A DNA stretch of 64,000 nt from an uncultured virus (IMG/VR IMGVR_UViG_3300046501_000595). Lineage: Duplodnaviria > Heunggongvirae > Uroviricota > Caudoviricetes. Shown one piece after another: positions 38,080 to 49,262 of this stretch. The notes beneath the pieces were generated by a model that saw nothing but the letters and a program-made list of their open reading frames with translations, was not told the origin of the DNA and did not search any database. Location: IMG/VR virus record IMGVR_UViG_3300046501_000595. One strand, written 5' to 3'. The stretch's first letter is position 1, and every line of letters starts with the position of its first letter. The position numbers and the translations under genes were made by a program.

Positions 38080-38499
38080 CTACCGTGTTGCGGCTGATTC
38101 GAGTCGCTGGAGGCGATCCGAGATATCCTGAATTTTGTGGGTCACGTCAGCCATTAGCTTTACAGCGTTGACTCGGGAGAAAAGGACTCGGTAAGTCTTA
38201 GGGCTATTTCCGATCTGTCTAACCTGAAACTCCACGGCAACACCGTCACAATCGATGACGCCACTGCACCCATCGTCGAACACCACATTTTTGGACACTG
38301 CGTCGCACATATTGAAATGCGCCCCCAGCACAACATAGGCGTCTTCTTGCATATCTTGCTGGGCTTTAGCGGCGATCATATGAACTTCCCCGGACGCGTT
38401 CGTCAGCCCGAAACCTCGCCCTGCGATCAGATACAGCTCAGAAAGATCTGACTTTGCGACTTCTGCTGCGATATCAGTGAAAATATTGTTGCTGGTCAT
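38080..38499 (-). CDS. Hypothetical protein
   Basis: 139 aa; GAGG RBS. Confidence 0.7.
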   Translation of the reverse strand: MTSNNIFTDIAAEVAKSDLSELYLIAGRGFGLTNASGEVHMIAAKAQQDMQEDAYVVLGAHFNMCDAVSKNVVFDDGCSGVIDCDGVAVEFQVRQIGNSPKTYRVLFSRVNAVKLMADVTHKIQDISDRLQRLESAATR

Positions 38500-38618
38500 C
38501 AGAATTCCTCTCAGTTCACAACGTCGCCTGCACGGTATCCGTCAACGGACTGAGCCCCGTTTTATCTCCGGGGCTCAGTCTGTTCAAAAGTGCCCCGCTT
38601 CGAGGCACTTCATAAGTG

Positions 38619-40886
38619 TTACGCCTGGGCGTTTTCAACCGCGATGGACTCAACCTTCTGGAAGCCCTGCGGCAGCTTGTTGCCCTTCTTGCCGCGCATG
38701 CCACGGTAAGCTTCCATGTCGCCAGACTTGATGGTCATGGTGCGCTTGCCGGCAGTCACAACCAGGTTGTCGTCCTTGGAGTGCACGATGAGTTGAATCA
38801 TCAGCTCTTCACGTTTTTCCGCACGCTCGCTCGGAATGCTGATGATCTTGTTGCCCTTGCCTTTACCCAGCTCCGGCAGGTCGCTCACTGCGAAGGTCAA
38901 CAAACGGCCTTCGGTAGTGATCGCAGAGATCAGATCCGTTTCCGGGTTCTGGATCAGTACCGGTACCGAAGAACGTGCACCGTTTGGCATGTTCAGCAGC
39001 GCTTTGCCGTTCTTGTTCTTGGCCTGCAAGTCTTCGCCTTTGACTACAAAGCCGTAACCAGCGTCCGAGAAGATCACATAACGGGCGCTGTCGTCAGGCA
39101 TCATCACCCACTCGAACGACGCAGCTGGCGGTACCGACAACTTGCCGGTGAGCGGCTCGCCCTGGCCACGGGCCGAAGGCAGTGTGTGGGTCGGCAGCGA
39201 GTAAGTGCGCCCGGTGGTGTCCATGAACACCGCTGACTGGTTGGAACGCCCAAGTGCGGCGCCTTTGAAGCCATCGCCGGCCTTGTACGACAAAGCCTGG
39301 CCATCGATGTCGTGACCCTTGGCGCAACGCACCCAGCCCTTATCGGAAAGCACCACGGTTACAGCTTCGGACGGCATCAGCTCGGTATCCGACAGCGCCT
39401 TGGCTTCTGCACGGGTTACCAGTGGCGAGCGGCGGTCATCACCGTACATTTCGGCATCTGCCAGAATTTCTGAGCGTACCAGGCCGCGCAGTTTCACTTC
39501 GCTGCCCAGCAGCGCATTCAGGCCGGTGCGCTCTTCGATCAGATCCTTCTGCTCATTCCGGATTTTCACCTCTTCCAGGCGAGCCAACTGACGCAGACGC
39601 GTTTCGAGGATGTAGTCAGCCTGCACGTCAGTGAGCTCGAATGTGGACATCAGGGCCTGTTTCGGGCTTTCCTCGGTACGGATGATCTCGATCACCTTGT
39701 CCATGTTCAGGAACGCGATCAGCAAGGCGTCCAGCAGGTGCAGACGCTTGTTTACACGATCCAGGCGGAACTGCAGGCGGCGACGTACTGTGTCGATCCG
39801 GTAGTGCAGCCATTCGGTCAGCATATTGCGCAGGTTTTTTACCTGTGGGCTGCCATCCAGGCCGATGACGTTCATGTTCACGCGGTAGCTGGTTTCCAGC
39901 TCAGTGGTCGCGAACAGATGCTGCATCAGCTCGTCCAGGTCGACGCGGTTGGAGCGTGGGATGATCACGATACGGCAAGGGTTCTCGTGGTCAGACTCGT
40001 CACGCAGGTCAGCGATCTGCGGCGCCTTCGACGGCTTGGCCTGCATCATCGCTGCAATCTGTTCCAGCACCTTGGAGCCAGACACCTGGTGCGGCAACGA
40101 AGTAATGACCACCTCGCCATCTTCGATCTTGTACACGGCCCGCATACGCAGAGAACCACGGCCCGAGCTGTACATCTTCAGCAGTTCGGCCTTCGGCGTG
40201 ATGATCTCGGCTTCAGTCGGGTAGTCCGGGCCCTGGATATGCTCCATCAGCTGTTCGACGGTAGCCATCGGCTCATCAAGCAGGCGCACACAAGCGGTGG
40301 CCACTTCGCGCAGGTTGTGCGGCGGCACGTCAGTGGCCATACCTACGGCAATACCGGTGGTGCCGTTCAACAAGATGTTCGGCAGGCGGGCCGGCAGCGT
40401 CGTCGGCTCTTGCAACGTGCCATCGAAGTTCGGGCCCCAATCAACGGTGCCCTGCCCCAGCTCGGACAGCAGAGAGTCAGCGTAACGCGACAGACGTGCT
40501 TCGGTGTAACGCATGGCAGCGAAAGACTTGGGATCGTCCGGCGCACCCCAGTTACCCTGGCCGTCGACCAGTGTGTGACGGTAGCTAAACGGCTGCGCCA
40601 TCAACACCATCGCTTCATAGCAGGCTGAGTCGCCGTGCGGGTGGAACTTACCGAGCACGTCGCCCACGGTACGGGCCGACTTCTTGTGCTTGGAGTCAGC
40701 GTCCAAGCCCAACTCGCTCATCGCGTAGATGATACGACGTTGAACCGGCTTCAGGCCGTCGCCGATGTGCGGCAGTGCACGATCCAGGATCACGTACATC
40801 GAGTAGTTCAGGTACGCCGACTCTGTGAATTCGTGCATCGGGCGTTTCTCGACACCGTCGAGGCTCAGGTCTGTAACTTCAGACAT
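38619..40886 (-). CDS. parC: DNA topoisomerase IV subunit A
   Basis: [30 protein letters not shown] catalytic Tyr; ParC-type C-terminal domain. Confidence 0.97.
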   Translation of the reverse strand: MSEVTDLSLDGVEKRPMHEFTESAYLNYSMYVILDRALPHIGDGLKPVQRRIIYAMSELGLDADSKHKKSARTVGDVLGKFHPHGDSACYEAMVLMAQPFSYRHTLVDGQGNWGAPDDPKSFAAMRYTEARLSRYADSLLSELGQGTVDWGPNFDGTLQEPTTLPARLPNILLNGTTGIAVGMATDVPPHNLREVATACVRLLDEPMATVEQLMEHIQGPDYPTEAEIITPKAELLKMYSSGRGSLRMRAVYKIEDGEVVITSLPHQVSGSKVLEQIAAMMQAKPSKAPQIADLRDESDHENPCRIVIIPRSNRVDLDELMQHLFATTELETSYRVNMNVIGLDGSPQVKNLRNMLTEWLHYRIDTVRRRLQFRLDRVNKRLHLLDALLIAFLNMDKVIEIIRTEESPKQALMSTFELTDVQADYILETRLRQLARLEEVKIRNEQKDLIEERTGLNALLGSEVKLRGLVRSEILADAEMYGDDRRSPLVTRAEAKALSDTELMPSEAVTVVLSDKGWVRCAKGHDIDGQALSYKAGDGFKGAALGRSNQSAVFMDTTGRTYSLPTHTLPSARGQGEPLTGKLSVPPAASFEWVMMPDDSARYVIFSDAGYGFVVKGEDLQAKNKNGKALLNMPNGARSSVPVLIQNPETDLISAITTEGRLLTFAVSDLPELGKGKGNKIISIPSERAEKREELMIQLIVHSKDDNLVVTAGKRTMTIKSGDMEAYRGMRGKKGNKLPQGFQKVESIAVENAQA

Positions 40887-40990
40887 TGGAATTTTCTCCA
40901 TCAATTTGGTTGGCAGCCAGGATGACTTCTGGCTGCGGCAATACAGGTGGCTCTGGAATCAGGAAGGGCCCGAGCATTTACCTGAGTCTG

Positions 40991-42889
40991 TCACGCCAAG
41001 ACCTCAGCCAAGTTGCCCTTGGTTTCGAGCCAGCTCTTACGGTCGCCAGCGCGTTTCTTGGCCAGCAGCATGTCCATGATTTCGCGGGTCGCATCGAAAT
41101 CGTCTAGGGTCAGTTGCACCAGGCGCCGGGTGTTCGGATCCATGGTGGTCTCACGCAGTTGTGGCGGGTTCATCTCACCCAGCCCCTTGAATCGGGTCAC
41201 CTGCGGCGTGCCGCGCTTATTCGAAGCCTTGAAACGATCCAGAATACCGTCACGCTCGGCTTCGTCCAGGGCATAGAACACTTCCTTTCCCAAGTCGATA
41301 CGGTACAGCGGCGGCATGGCGACATATACGTGGCCAGCCATTACCAGTGGGCGGAAGTGCTGCACGAACAAGGCGCAGAGCAAGGTCGCGATGTGCAGAC
41401 CGTCAGAGTCGGCGTCGGCGAGGATGCAGATCTTGCCGTAGCGCAATTCAGTGAGATTGTCCGAGCCTGGATCGATACCCATCGCCACAGCGATGTTGTG
41501 CACTTCCTGGCTGGCCAACACTTCGCCACCGTCGACTTCCCAGGTGTTCAGGATCTTACCGCGCAGCGGCAGAATGGCCTGGAACTCTTTATCGCGAGCC
41601 TGCTTGGCGGAACCGCCTGCAGAGTCACCCTCTACGAGGAAGAGCTCGGAGCGCTTGCTGTCCTGACCCGAGCAGTCAGCCAGCTTGCCCGGTAAAGCTG
41701 GGCCCTGGGTGATCTTCTTGCGCTCGACGTTTTTGTTCGTCTTCAGACGGCGACGGGCGTTGTCGATAAACATCTCGGCCAGCGCCTGGCCCTTCTCAGG
41801 GTGGGCGTTGAGCCACAGGCTGAAGGCATCCTTCACCACGCCAGAGACGAACGCCGAGGCACTACGCGAGGACAGTCGCTCTTTGGTCTGGCCAGAAAAC
41901 TGAGCCTCCTGCATTTTCAGCGAGACAACGTGCGCAACCCTGTCCCAGATGTCTTCGGGGGTAAGCTTTACACCACGCGGCAGGATGTTGCGGAATTCAC
42001 AGAACTCACGCACCGCATCAAGCAGACCCTGACGCAGACCGTTAACGTGGGTGCCGCCCTGGGCAGTCGGAATCAGGTTGACGTAGCTTTCCTGAATCAG
42101 CTCGCCGCCTTCTGGCAGCCAGAACAATGCCCACTCGACCGCTTCTGTATCGCCGGCGAACTTACCGGTGAATGGTTCATCCGGCATTTTCAGAGAATCG
42201 TTACAGGCATCAGCCAGGTAGCTGGACAGGCCGTCTTCGTACAGCCACTCGGTGATCTCACCGGTGTTTTTGTCTTCGAAACTTACGGAGAGGCCTGGGC
42301 ACAGAACCGCCTTTGCCTTGAGCACGTGCTTTAGGCGGCTGACGGAGAACTTGGCGAAGTCGAAATACTTCGGGTCAGGGGAGAAATGAACGCTGGTACC
42401 AGTATTCTTCTTGCCAACCGTGCCGAGGACTTCCAGCTCAGTCGCTTTGTAGCCGTCAGCGAAAGTGATGCGGTGAAGCTTCCCGTCCCGGCGTACCTGG
42501 ACTGCTACGTGGGTCGACAAGGCGTTTACCACGGAGATGCCCACACCGTGCAAACCACCGGCGAAGTTGTAGTTCTTGTTGGAGAACTTACCGCCAGCGT
42601 GCAGCTTGGTCAGGATCAGCTCAACACCGGAGACCTTCTCTACCGGGTGAACATCGACAGGCATGCCGCGACCGTCGTCGATGACTTCCATCGAGTTGTC
42701 GGGGTGCAAGATCACCTGGATCGACTTGGCGTGGCCGGCCATTGCTTCGTCGACGCTGTTATCGATGACTTCCTGGGCCAGGTGGTTTGGCCGCGTGGTG
42801 TCGGTGTACATGCCAGGGCGTTTACGTACCGGGTCTAGACCGGACAGTACCTCAATGGCATCTGCGTTATAGCTTGTTGGCTGTGTCAT
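40991..42889 (-). CDS. parE: DNA topoisomerase IV subunit B
   Basis: EVIDNSVDE, GGLHGVG, EGDSAGGS, PLRGKILN, DADSDG, RFKGLGEM; 632 aa. Confidence 0.97.
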   Translation of the reverse strand: MTQPTSYNADAIEVLSGLDPVRKRPGMYTDTTRPNHLAQEVIDNSVDEAMAGHAKSIQVILHPDNSMEVIDDGRGMPVDVHPVEKVSGVELILTKLHAGGKFSNKNYNFAGGLHGVGISVVNALSTHVAVQVRRDGKLHRITFADGYKATELEVLGTVGKKNTGTSVHFSPDPKYFDFAKFSVSRLKHVLKAKAVLCPGLSVSFEDKNTGEITEWLYEDGLSSYLADACNDSLKMPDEPFTGKFAGDTEAVEWALFWLPEGGELIQESYVNLIPTAQGGTHVNGLRQGLLDAVREFCEFRNILPRGVKLTPEDIWDRVAHVVSLKMQEAQFSGQTKERLSSRSASAFVSGVVKDAFSLWLNAHPEKGQALAEMFIDNARRRLKTNKNVERKKITQGPALPGKLADCSGQDSKRSELFLVEGDSAGGSAKQARDKEFQAILPLRGKILNTWEVDGGEVLASQEVHNIAVAMGIDPGSDNLTELRYGKICILADADSDGLHIATLLCALFVQHFRPLVMAGHVYVAMPPLYRIDLGKEVFYALDEAERDGILDRFKASNKRGTPQVTRFKGLGEMNPPQLRETTMDPNTRRLVQLTLDDFDATREIMDMLLAKKRAGDRKSWLETKGNLAEVLA

Positions 42890-44226
42890 TGTGCTGGCTC
42901 TTTTTCTTCAACGATTCTTTTGATGGCGGCGCGTTCCAGGTTCTGTTTTTCCACCTTGGCTTGCTGCGCATCCACGATTTCTTTGATTTTGGCGATGTTC
43001 TGATCACGCTGGCGTTCGATGGCCTCGATATGTGCCCGCACGCGCCTTTCGTCTTTGGTCAGCTCGGCAACATAGGCATCAAAATCAGGAATCCGAGACT
43101 CAAACATGGCCATGGTCGAGGTGCGATAGTCAGGATCCATGATCATTGAGAACCGGTCGCGACTTTTGAAATAAGGATCCAGAGTGCTCCAGTACTCCAA
43201 GGTATGTGTGGCCAGTTTCAGGCTTGCAGCAGGATCCTTCTGGCGAGCCAGTGATTCCAGGATCTGATAGACCAAAATGCCCTTATCGCGATCACGTAGC
43301 TTGACGCCTTGGTGTTCCTTAACACGGTTCAGATAGCTTACAGCGTGCTCATACGACCGTGTAAAGAGCGCCTGGCTTAACTTTACGGACGCAGCCGCTT
43401 CCGGTTGGTCTTGCACTACCCGGTTTACGAAGTCGTAAGCCAATTCGTATTGTTCGTCGGTGTGCTTGTCACTGTCATAGGTGACCAGAGCTGCCAGGGC
43501 ACCTAGCGCCGACGACAGGCTTTCACCGATAACGAAATCAACTTTCTCCTTCTCCTCGAATTTCTCGCGCAGGTCTTTAAAGACCGGCATCGCATCCAGA
43601 GCTTCCCGAGACGGTAGCGGCCTTGGCGACTTGGCGTAGCTACCGATGTGCTTAGGACTGCCTTCTACCATTCCCCGGTAGGCGTCAACCGCGCTCAATG
43701 CCATGTAACCGGCGATGGTGGGCAGGCGATCCAGCGCTTTGATCATGGATTTGTTGAAATCATCGATCTCAGCCTGGGAGATCGGGCTGTCTTTAGGCTT
43801 ATGGTGCACCTTGTAGTAGTCGGTCGCCTGTTCATAGGTGCGATAAGCTTCACTGGAATCCAGATGCGTGCGCATGATTCTGGATACTGGGTAATGCTCG
43901 GCCTCAGCCAGAAACGCCTGCAGACCACTTGGCGAACCCAAACCGAATCCCGCCAGATACAGTGGTGGATAGCCTTCTGGGTTCGGCTCGATGATGTTCA
44001 GGAAAGCGGTTACCACCCCAAGGAACTCAGAAGTAGTCTTCACCTGGGTGAAAGGGCTTTCCGCGACGATGCTGAGGGCGACTTCGGCTTTTTCAACGCT
44101 GATGCTTGGACGCTCATTTGACTTAATAAAGCCATACCCGGCCACGCTAAGAATAAATACAAAACCGGCACCGAAAGACAGGGCCTGGATACCTGATAAC
44201 TTTTTTGCTTGCGGCTTTAAGCTCAC
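42886..44226 (-). CDS. Membrane-anchored helical protein (paralog family C)
   Basis: N-terminal TM; SPFTQVKTTSEFLG; ATGA-coupled to parE. Confidence 0.75.
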   Translation of the reverse strand: MSLKPQAKKLSGIQALSFGAGFVFILSVAGYGFIKSNERPSISVEKAEVALSIVAESPFTQVKTTSEFLGVVTAFLNIIEPNPEGYPPLYLAGFGLGSPSGLQAFLAEAEHYPVSRIMRTHLDSSEAYRTYEQATDYYKVHHKPKDSPISQAEIDDFNKSMIKALDRLPTIAGYMALSAVDAYRGMVEGSPKHIGSYAKSPRPLPSREALDAMPVFKDLREKFEEKEKVDFVIGESLSSALGALAALVTYDSDKHTDEQYELAYDFVNRVVQDQPEAAASVKLSQALFTRSYEHAVSYLNRVKEHQGVKLRDRDKGILVYQILESLARQKDPAASLKLATHTLEYWSTLDPYFKSRDRFSMIMDPDYRTSTMAMFESRIPDFDAYVAELTKDERRVRAHIEAIERQRDQNIAKIKEIVDAQQAKVEKQNLERAAIKRIVEEKEPAQ

Positions 44227-44933
44227 TGCTCGATTCCTTCTGCTGGCTTACTTAGCGCAAGCACTACTGATTGCTGGTTGGTCTTTTGTGGTTGCTGGGT
44301 CTGATAGCTCTGCTTGTAGCTTTTGCGCAGTGTCCTGAAGAAGAACATCGCCCTGTCACGCTCCAGCGCTGCCGTCACAACCTGTTGGGCCGTGCCATCG
44401 ACAAATTCCTTTGCACCCCAGGTCTTGGTCATGGCCAGCAGGATCAGATAGCTTCCTGCTGGATCTTCAAGGCGCTTGATTCGCTTATCCAGCAGCTCCT
44501 GGAACGCAATGTAGTCAGCTGACGTGAAAGGTGGCGTTTGCTGAGCACTGAATTTAACGGCTTCAAGGCATCGCTCGAAGCTCATCATCCAGTGCACACG
44601 ATCCACGCCGGCGAGCACTTCTGACGTAACGTCGTACTCGCCCTGCCCTTTGGTCAGCGCAGCCCCATTCGCAATGATTTCCTGCATGAACGCCATCTCA
44701 GGCTTGGCGAGACGTCCATCAGCCAAGACCATCAACGCTGAGGCCGCGCCGAGAATCTCCGCTTGAGTCTTCACGTCAGCAAAGGGTGCGACATTCAGAA
44801 TATCGACATGTCGTTGGACATCAGCAACGGACGGCTGAGGCTTAAAATGGCTTTCCAGCGCATAGGCCGTTACGCCAAGCGCAGCCAGCACCGACAGGCA
44901 GAACACTGATTTTGTAATCCGGAATTTTGGCAT
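44223..44933 (-). CDS. Exported or membrane-anchored protein (paralog family C)
   Basis: N-terminal TM; APFADVKTQAEILGAASALMVLADG...E. Confidence 0.75.
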   Translation of the reverse strand: MPKFRITKSVFCLSVLAALGVTAYALESHFKPQPSVADVQRHVDILNVAPFADVKTQAEILGAASALMVLADGRLAKPEMAFMQEIIANGAALTKGQGEYDVTSEVLAGVDRVHWMMSFERCLEAVKFSAQQTPPFTSADYIAFQELLDKRIKRLEDPAGSYLILLAMTKTWGAKEFVDGTAQQVVTAALERDRAMFFFRTLRKSYKQSYQTQQPQKTNQQSVVLALSKPAEGIEQ

Positions 44934-45115
44934 AGCCTGTAATCTTCCAATCGCAAAAGCTTGCGCAATGCCGGTGGCATCGCTGGTAGGTGGCGAATTA
45001 TCGCAACAATTTGCGCAATGTCAATTCTTGATATTTGTTTGCCAGCAAAAGCGCCATCAAGAGCCAAGCGTAGCCGCCGTTGGCGGAGATCCGACTCTCT
45101 CGATAAGCTCTAGAA

Positions 45116-45724
45116 TCAGGCTTCCACGACATCATCGATGACTTGCATAAGGCGCTGAATCTCAAGTTCGTGCCGCTCATAGTGGGCGTTGAACTTCTCG
45201 ATCTGCACTAAGCGCTCAAGTGCCAGTGTGGTGATCGTTTCAACGGTTCCGCCAGTGATGACGAGCAGGTTGAGAAAGACGTTGAGCAGGTTCAGGCACT
45301 CGTTCCGGATCATGGTCAGCGGCGAGTTTGAGGCCATGTGATCAATGTCCTCGACGACCTTGGCCAGCTGCCCCATCGATTTGATCCCTTCGTCCAGGCA
45401 TTCCTGAACGCCCATCGGGGTAAATCTCAGGTGATCCATGATCAGCGCATTGCAGACGTTCATCATGGACATCACCACAATGAAACCGTCGATGCTCTGG
45501 GCCTTGATCAGCTTCAGGTTGTCGTTGAAGGTCAAGTCCTGGGCGGCGCCGTAGATGCGTGAGATGTACTTGCACTGGTGCAGCACCAGGTGCTTGAGCC
45601 GCTCAGGCTTGGCCAAGGTGTAGATATCGGAGTGAAAAATCCGATCATGCAGCTCCTGGCGATATTGGAGATCGTCGATCAGAGGGCGCATCTCTGGCGG
45701 TATACCCTTCGTTGGCTGTGTCAT
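45116..45724 (-). CDS. All-alpha hypothetical protein (possibly MazG-like)
   Basis: Q..HD..FH.D, H..LH..KY; functional guess is weak. Confidence 0.55.
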   Translation of the reverse strand: MTQPTKGIPPEMRPLIDDLQYRQELHDRIFHSDIYTLAKPERLKHLVLHQCKYISRIYGAAQDLTFNDNLKLIKAQSIDGFIVVMSMMNVCNALIMDHLRFTPMGVQECLDEGIKSMGQLAKVVEDIDHMASNSPLTMIRNECLNLLNVFLNLLVITGGTVETITTLALERLVQIEKFNAHYERHELEIQRLMQVIDDVVEA

Positions 45725-45752
45725 TTTTACCCCTTTAAATCGTCGTAATGAG

Positions 45753-46205
45753 TTGGAAATGCTATGCTTTGCGCCTGATCACAGGCATAGGAGCCATATT
45801 TTGACCGATATTCAACGCGACCAGGCTGTATGGATGCTTTACCAGGGCTACTGGCGTTGCGTCTATTTCAAGTGGCTCAGCGGTACCACTCATTTCTTTA
45901 GCGTTGGCCGTAAGATGCAGGCCACACTCTCCGCAGAACGCAGCGCATGCTACACCTCGGCCAGAGCCGGGCTGAATGCAGCGCTGGCGCCGAAAGACAC
46001 GCGCAACCAGATTCGTTACATCCTGGAGCAGTTGGTGTTATCTAGCCGAGACTGCTCGTGCTTTCCGCAAAACCTGTTGGCCTGCCGCCTGAGAATGTTG
46101 GGCGGAAGCCAGGACACAGTCAGCCGCGTGTTGAGTGGAACAACGCCGGTACCGGAAGCCCTGGCAGAGGTTATGGAGCTGTCTGATCAGCAACTGGTAG
46201 CCTAA
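45753..46205 (+). CDS. Hypothetical protein (start uncertain)
   Basis: 150 aa ORF ending at a hairpin (46213-46237). Confidence 0.5.
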   Translation: MEMLCFAPDHRHRSHILTDIQRDQAVWMLYQGYWRCVYFKWLSGTTHFFSVGRKMQATLSAERSACYTSARAGLNAALAPKDTRNQIRYILEQLVLSSRDCSCFPQNLLACRLRMLGGSQDTVSRVLSGTTPVPEALAEVMELSDQQLVA

Positions 46206-46242
46206 ATTGAGTGAAGGAGTACTTCGGTACTCCCTTCTCCCC

Positions 46243-46554
46243 CTACGCGCTTGCCTTTTCGGTCAGCGCCTTGATCTGCAGCTGCGTTTGAATCCACGAC
46301 CAGCCAACCACCTCCTCAACATAAATGTCGAATGTCGCAGCGTCCAGGCCGGCTTTTACTAGCCAGTTACCCTTGCGTGGTTTCGCATCAGGTCTGTCCT
46401 TGTAGGTGACTTTCACTGTCCAAAAATCACCGCAATGTCTGTTCATTGTTATCGAATCGACCTCTCGCCCTTCCGGACGGCATCCATTCGCTGGATCAAT
46501 TACGTAAGCCCGTAGCAATGGCCCGAACGATGCAAAGCGGTCAGTTTTTCCCAT
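46243..46554 (-). CDS. Hypothetical protein
   Basis: GGAG RBS; upstream TTGACG-17 nt-GATACT. Confidence 0.65.
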   Translation of the reverse strand: MGKTDRFASFGPLLRAYVIDPANGCRPEGREVDSITMNRHCGDFWTVKVTYKDRPDAKPRKGNWLVKAGLDAATFDIYVEEVVGWSWIQTQLQIKALTEKASA

Positions 46555-46752
46555 GTGTACTCCGTTTCCTATAGAGACCTGTAGGTGATATCAGAATGAT
46601 TTTCAGGCAGCAGTATCGCCATAGCTGGCGAAGTCGTCAATTCATGTGAATTATCAGGACTTCGAACGCAGCAAAAACTGGCCATTTAATGGCCTTTGTG
46701 GGATAATTCGTTGATTGGCAACAGCGTTGCCTTCTACTCTTTAGGTGACGAA

Positions 46753-47916
46753 ATGGACTATTCACTGCTTACCGAACTGGTGCCCCCACCCGGCGCCGAA
46801 ATCAATTTCAAGCGACTCCTGGAAGTGATTCCACAGCTGGCGCCTCTGGCCACCACCCCTCAAGACCCGGTGTTTCATGCCGAGGGTGACGTGTGGACGC
46901 ATACCAAGATGGTGTGCGTGGCGCTGGTCAACAGTCAGCCCTACGCAGATGCGTCTATCAAAGATCGCTTTGTGCTGTTCTACGCAGGCTTGCTGCATGA
47001 TATTTCCAAGCCTGACACTACCGTCATTGACGAAGTGAGCGGCAAAATCAGCCAGCCAGGCCACTCACGACGCGGTGCCATTGACGCTCGCATTCTGCTT
47101 TGGCGTGCCGGCGTCCCCTTCGATATGCGTGAAACCATCTGCCGGATCATCAGCGTCCACCAGGTGCCGTTCTTTGCGCTGTCTGGCGACCGTCGTGGCA
47201 CCCCACCTGAGTTCACTATCGCCAAGCTGTCTTGGGAGCTTCCGATTTGGATGCTCTGCGCCGTGGCCACCGCCGACATTGTCGGTCGTACCTATCACGG
47301 CAAGCAGGCCGTGCTGGATGAGATCGAGGTGTTTCGCCTGCTCGCTGAAGAGTTAGGTGCACTGAATGGCCCGGTGCAGTTTGCAGACCCGTACACGCGT
47401 CAACGCTACTTCGCCGGCGCCAACGTGCTGCCAGAGTACGCCCTCTTCCGCGAGAAGGTTGGCTCGAAGGTGATCGTGATGTCGGGGATGCCCGCCAGCG
47501 GCAAGAACACCTGGGTGGAGAAGAACGCACCAGGCCTGCCGGTCATTTCTTTCGACGATGCTCGCGATGAACTGGGGCTAGCCCACGGCAAGAACGAAGG
47601 GATGGTTGCCCATCATGCTTTCGACATGGCCAAGGAGCTTCTGCGGGCCGGCAAGCCATTCGTGTGGAACTCGACGCACCTGAGCAACCAGATGCGAACG
47701 AAAACCCTGGATCTGCTCCACGGCTACCATGCTGAGGTACGCATAGTTTACCTGGAGCACCCCGAGGAGGTGATCTACGCCAGGAACACCAAACGTGACA
47801 CCTCGCTGCGCAACAAGGACATCACAAAGATGCTGTTTCGCTGGGAAGTGCCGGTGCCATCGGAAGCCGCGACCGTCGAGTACATCGTTGAAGCTGCAAA
47901 TCAACGGAAGCGGTAG
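46753..47916 (+). CDS. HD-domain phosphohydrolase fused to a P-loop (AAA_33/PNK-like) kinase
   Basis: HAEGDVWTHT, LLHDISK, GH; GMPASGKNT; VWNST; RN..R. Confidence 0.85.
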   Translation: MDYSLLTELVPPPGAEINFKRLLEVIPQLAPLATTPQDPVFHAEGDVWTHTKMVCVALVNSQPYADASIKDRFVLFYAGLLHDISKPDTTVIDEVSGKISQPGHSRRGAIDARILLWRAGVPFDMRETICRIISVHQVPFFALSGDRRGTPPEFTIAKLSWELPIWMLCAVATADIVGRTYHGKQAVLDEIEVFRLLAEELGALNGPVQFADPYTRQRYFAGANVLPEYALFREKVGSKVIVMSGMPASGKNTWVEKNAPGLPVISFDDARDELGLAHGKNEGMVAHHAFDMAKELLRAGKPFVWNSTHLSNQMRTKTLDLLHGYHAEVRIVYLEHPEEVIYARNTKRDTSLRNKDITKMLFRWEVPVPSEAATVEYIVEAANQRKR

Positions 47917-47999
47917 ATGATTCATAAAATTATCACTTGTACCTTTCAATTAGAACAAAGCCTTTGACGGCAGACCTCACTGAAACAAGGAAACATCGT

Positions 48000-48674
48000 A
48001 TGAAAACTAAGACTGCTATTTTTTGTGGATTAGCCATTTGCTTGTTGCTCTCTGTTAATCATTTTAGTAGCCAGAATACCAATGGCTCCTCGCAATCCAC
48101 ACCAAAGACCTATTGCGGGATGCTCGGTGCGCAAAAGGTTGAATTCAACAGAGAATATTTGGGAACAAAACCTGATTACGAGGGAACTAGCCCATGGGAG
48201 GCAAGTAAATTCAAACCCAACGACGATTGTTCCAGCAGGCTGAATAGCCTAGGCGTGCATACAAACATTCAAAATGGCAAACCAACGCGTCCTTTTTCAG
48301 ACAATCCATTTGACATTGTGCTTAGCTATAGACCAGCACAGGATGCTTTATTTTTGGAGAGGTATTCAAAAGCGATTGGAGAAGATAAACGCAACACATT
48401 AATTAACACAAACCAAAACGAATTAGTGTACGAAACAAAAAGGAATGAAAATGGTTACTTCACCAAAACCATCGTATCTTTAAAAGAAGGACATCCAAGT
48501 GAAATTTTTGAGTGCGGATCTAACGCAAGCACTACAAAAGATTATTCATGTACGATTTATTACTACTGGAACTCATACAACATAGTGGTTTTTGGCAAAC
48601 ATAAAACCCTTAATGATTTTGTTAAAGTTAGACACTTTGTTGAGGGCTTCTTTTCAGGGGTTAGTCGGGGGTAG
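48000..48674 (+). CDS. AT-rich exported protein
   Basis: Signal-like N-terminus and paired cysteines. Confidence 0.7.
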   Translation: MKTKTAIFCGLAICLLLSVNHFSSQNTNGSSQSTPKTYCGMLGAQKVEFNREYLGTKPDYEGTSPWEASKFKPNDDCSSRLNSLGVHTNIQNGKPTRPFSDNPFDIVLSYRPAQDALFLERYSKAIGEDKRNTLINTNQNELVYETKRNENGYFTKTIVSLKEGHPSEIFECGSNASTTKDYSCTIYYYWNSYNIVVFGKHKTLNDFVKVRHFVEGFFSGVSRG

Positions 48675-48713
48675 CTTACACATCCTCCGCGCCTTCAACT
48701 CGATGCAACCCAC

Positions 48714-48738
48714 AAAAGCGGCTAATGGGCCGCTTTTT
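48714..48738. terminator. Bidirectional terminator
   Basis: AAAAGCGGC-TAATGG-GCCGCTTTTT. Confidence 0.75.
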
Positions 48739-48790
48739 AACGCCCTATAACACTCATCCAGATAAGCCTGGGAGGTCGGCTTACTAGATC

Positions 48791-49087
48791 CTAGTGAATT
48801 CGGTTCACCTTCCCGGCATCCTTGAATCGGTCAGGATCTTTAACGGCCAGATCAGCTGGAGTGGCTGGACGCTCGATGCTGATATGAGCCCCCAAGGGTT
48901 GAAGAGAACCTATTGGTGGCTTCACACTCAGCACTGAGAATCGCCGTTTCATGGTTAAATCATTGCCATCTCGGTTGATGACCTCATCCACGACAAAGCC
49001 GCTTTGTTTCGCAAGCGCCTGGCAGTCAGCCATCGAATTGCAAACCATGAAATTCGGGACTTTTGCCATTGTTTTTGCAGTGCCCAT
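48791..49087 (-). CDS. Hypothetical protein
   Basis: Start trimmed to MGTAK after AAGG. Confidence 0.55.
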   Translation of the reverse strand: MGTAKTMAKVPNFMVCNSMADCQALAKQSGFVVDEVINRDGNDLTMKRRFSVLSVKPPIGSLQPLGAHISIERPATPADLAVKDPDRFKDAGKVNRIH

Positions 49088-49262
49088 GACAGCCAACCTT
49101 TTGATGATCCTAAACAGGAAATGGTAGCTGTAGTGGCAGTTCATTGACGTCGATTTGTTCATCGAAATGGCTATCAAACCTATTCCGAAATCGAACTGCA
49201 CGATGAGTAACGAATGAACAAAGTAGCCAGCGCCAAATGTAATGACGCTGGCGCTGGCCTGC

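Noticed and set aside
40600..40660. Quinolone-resistant parC allele
   Set aside because: The QRDR reads HGDSACYE with wild-type Ser and Glu
38616..42872. Long plus-strand ORFs opposite parC and parE
   Set aside because: Antisense shadows of GC3-rich genes with no recognisable motifs
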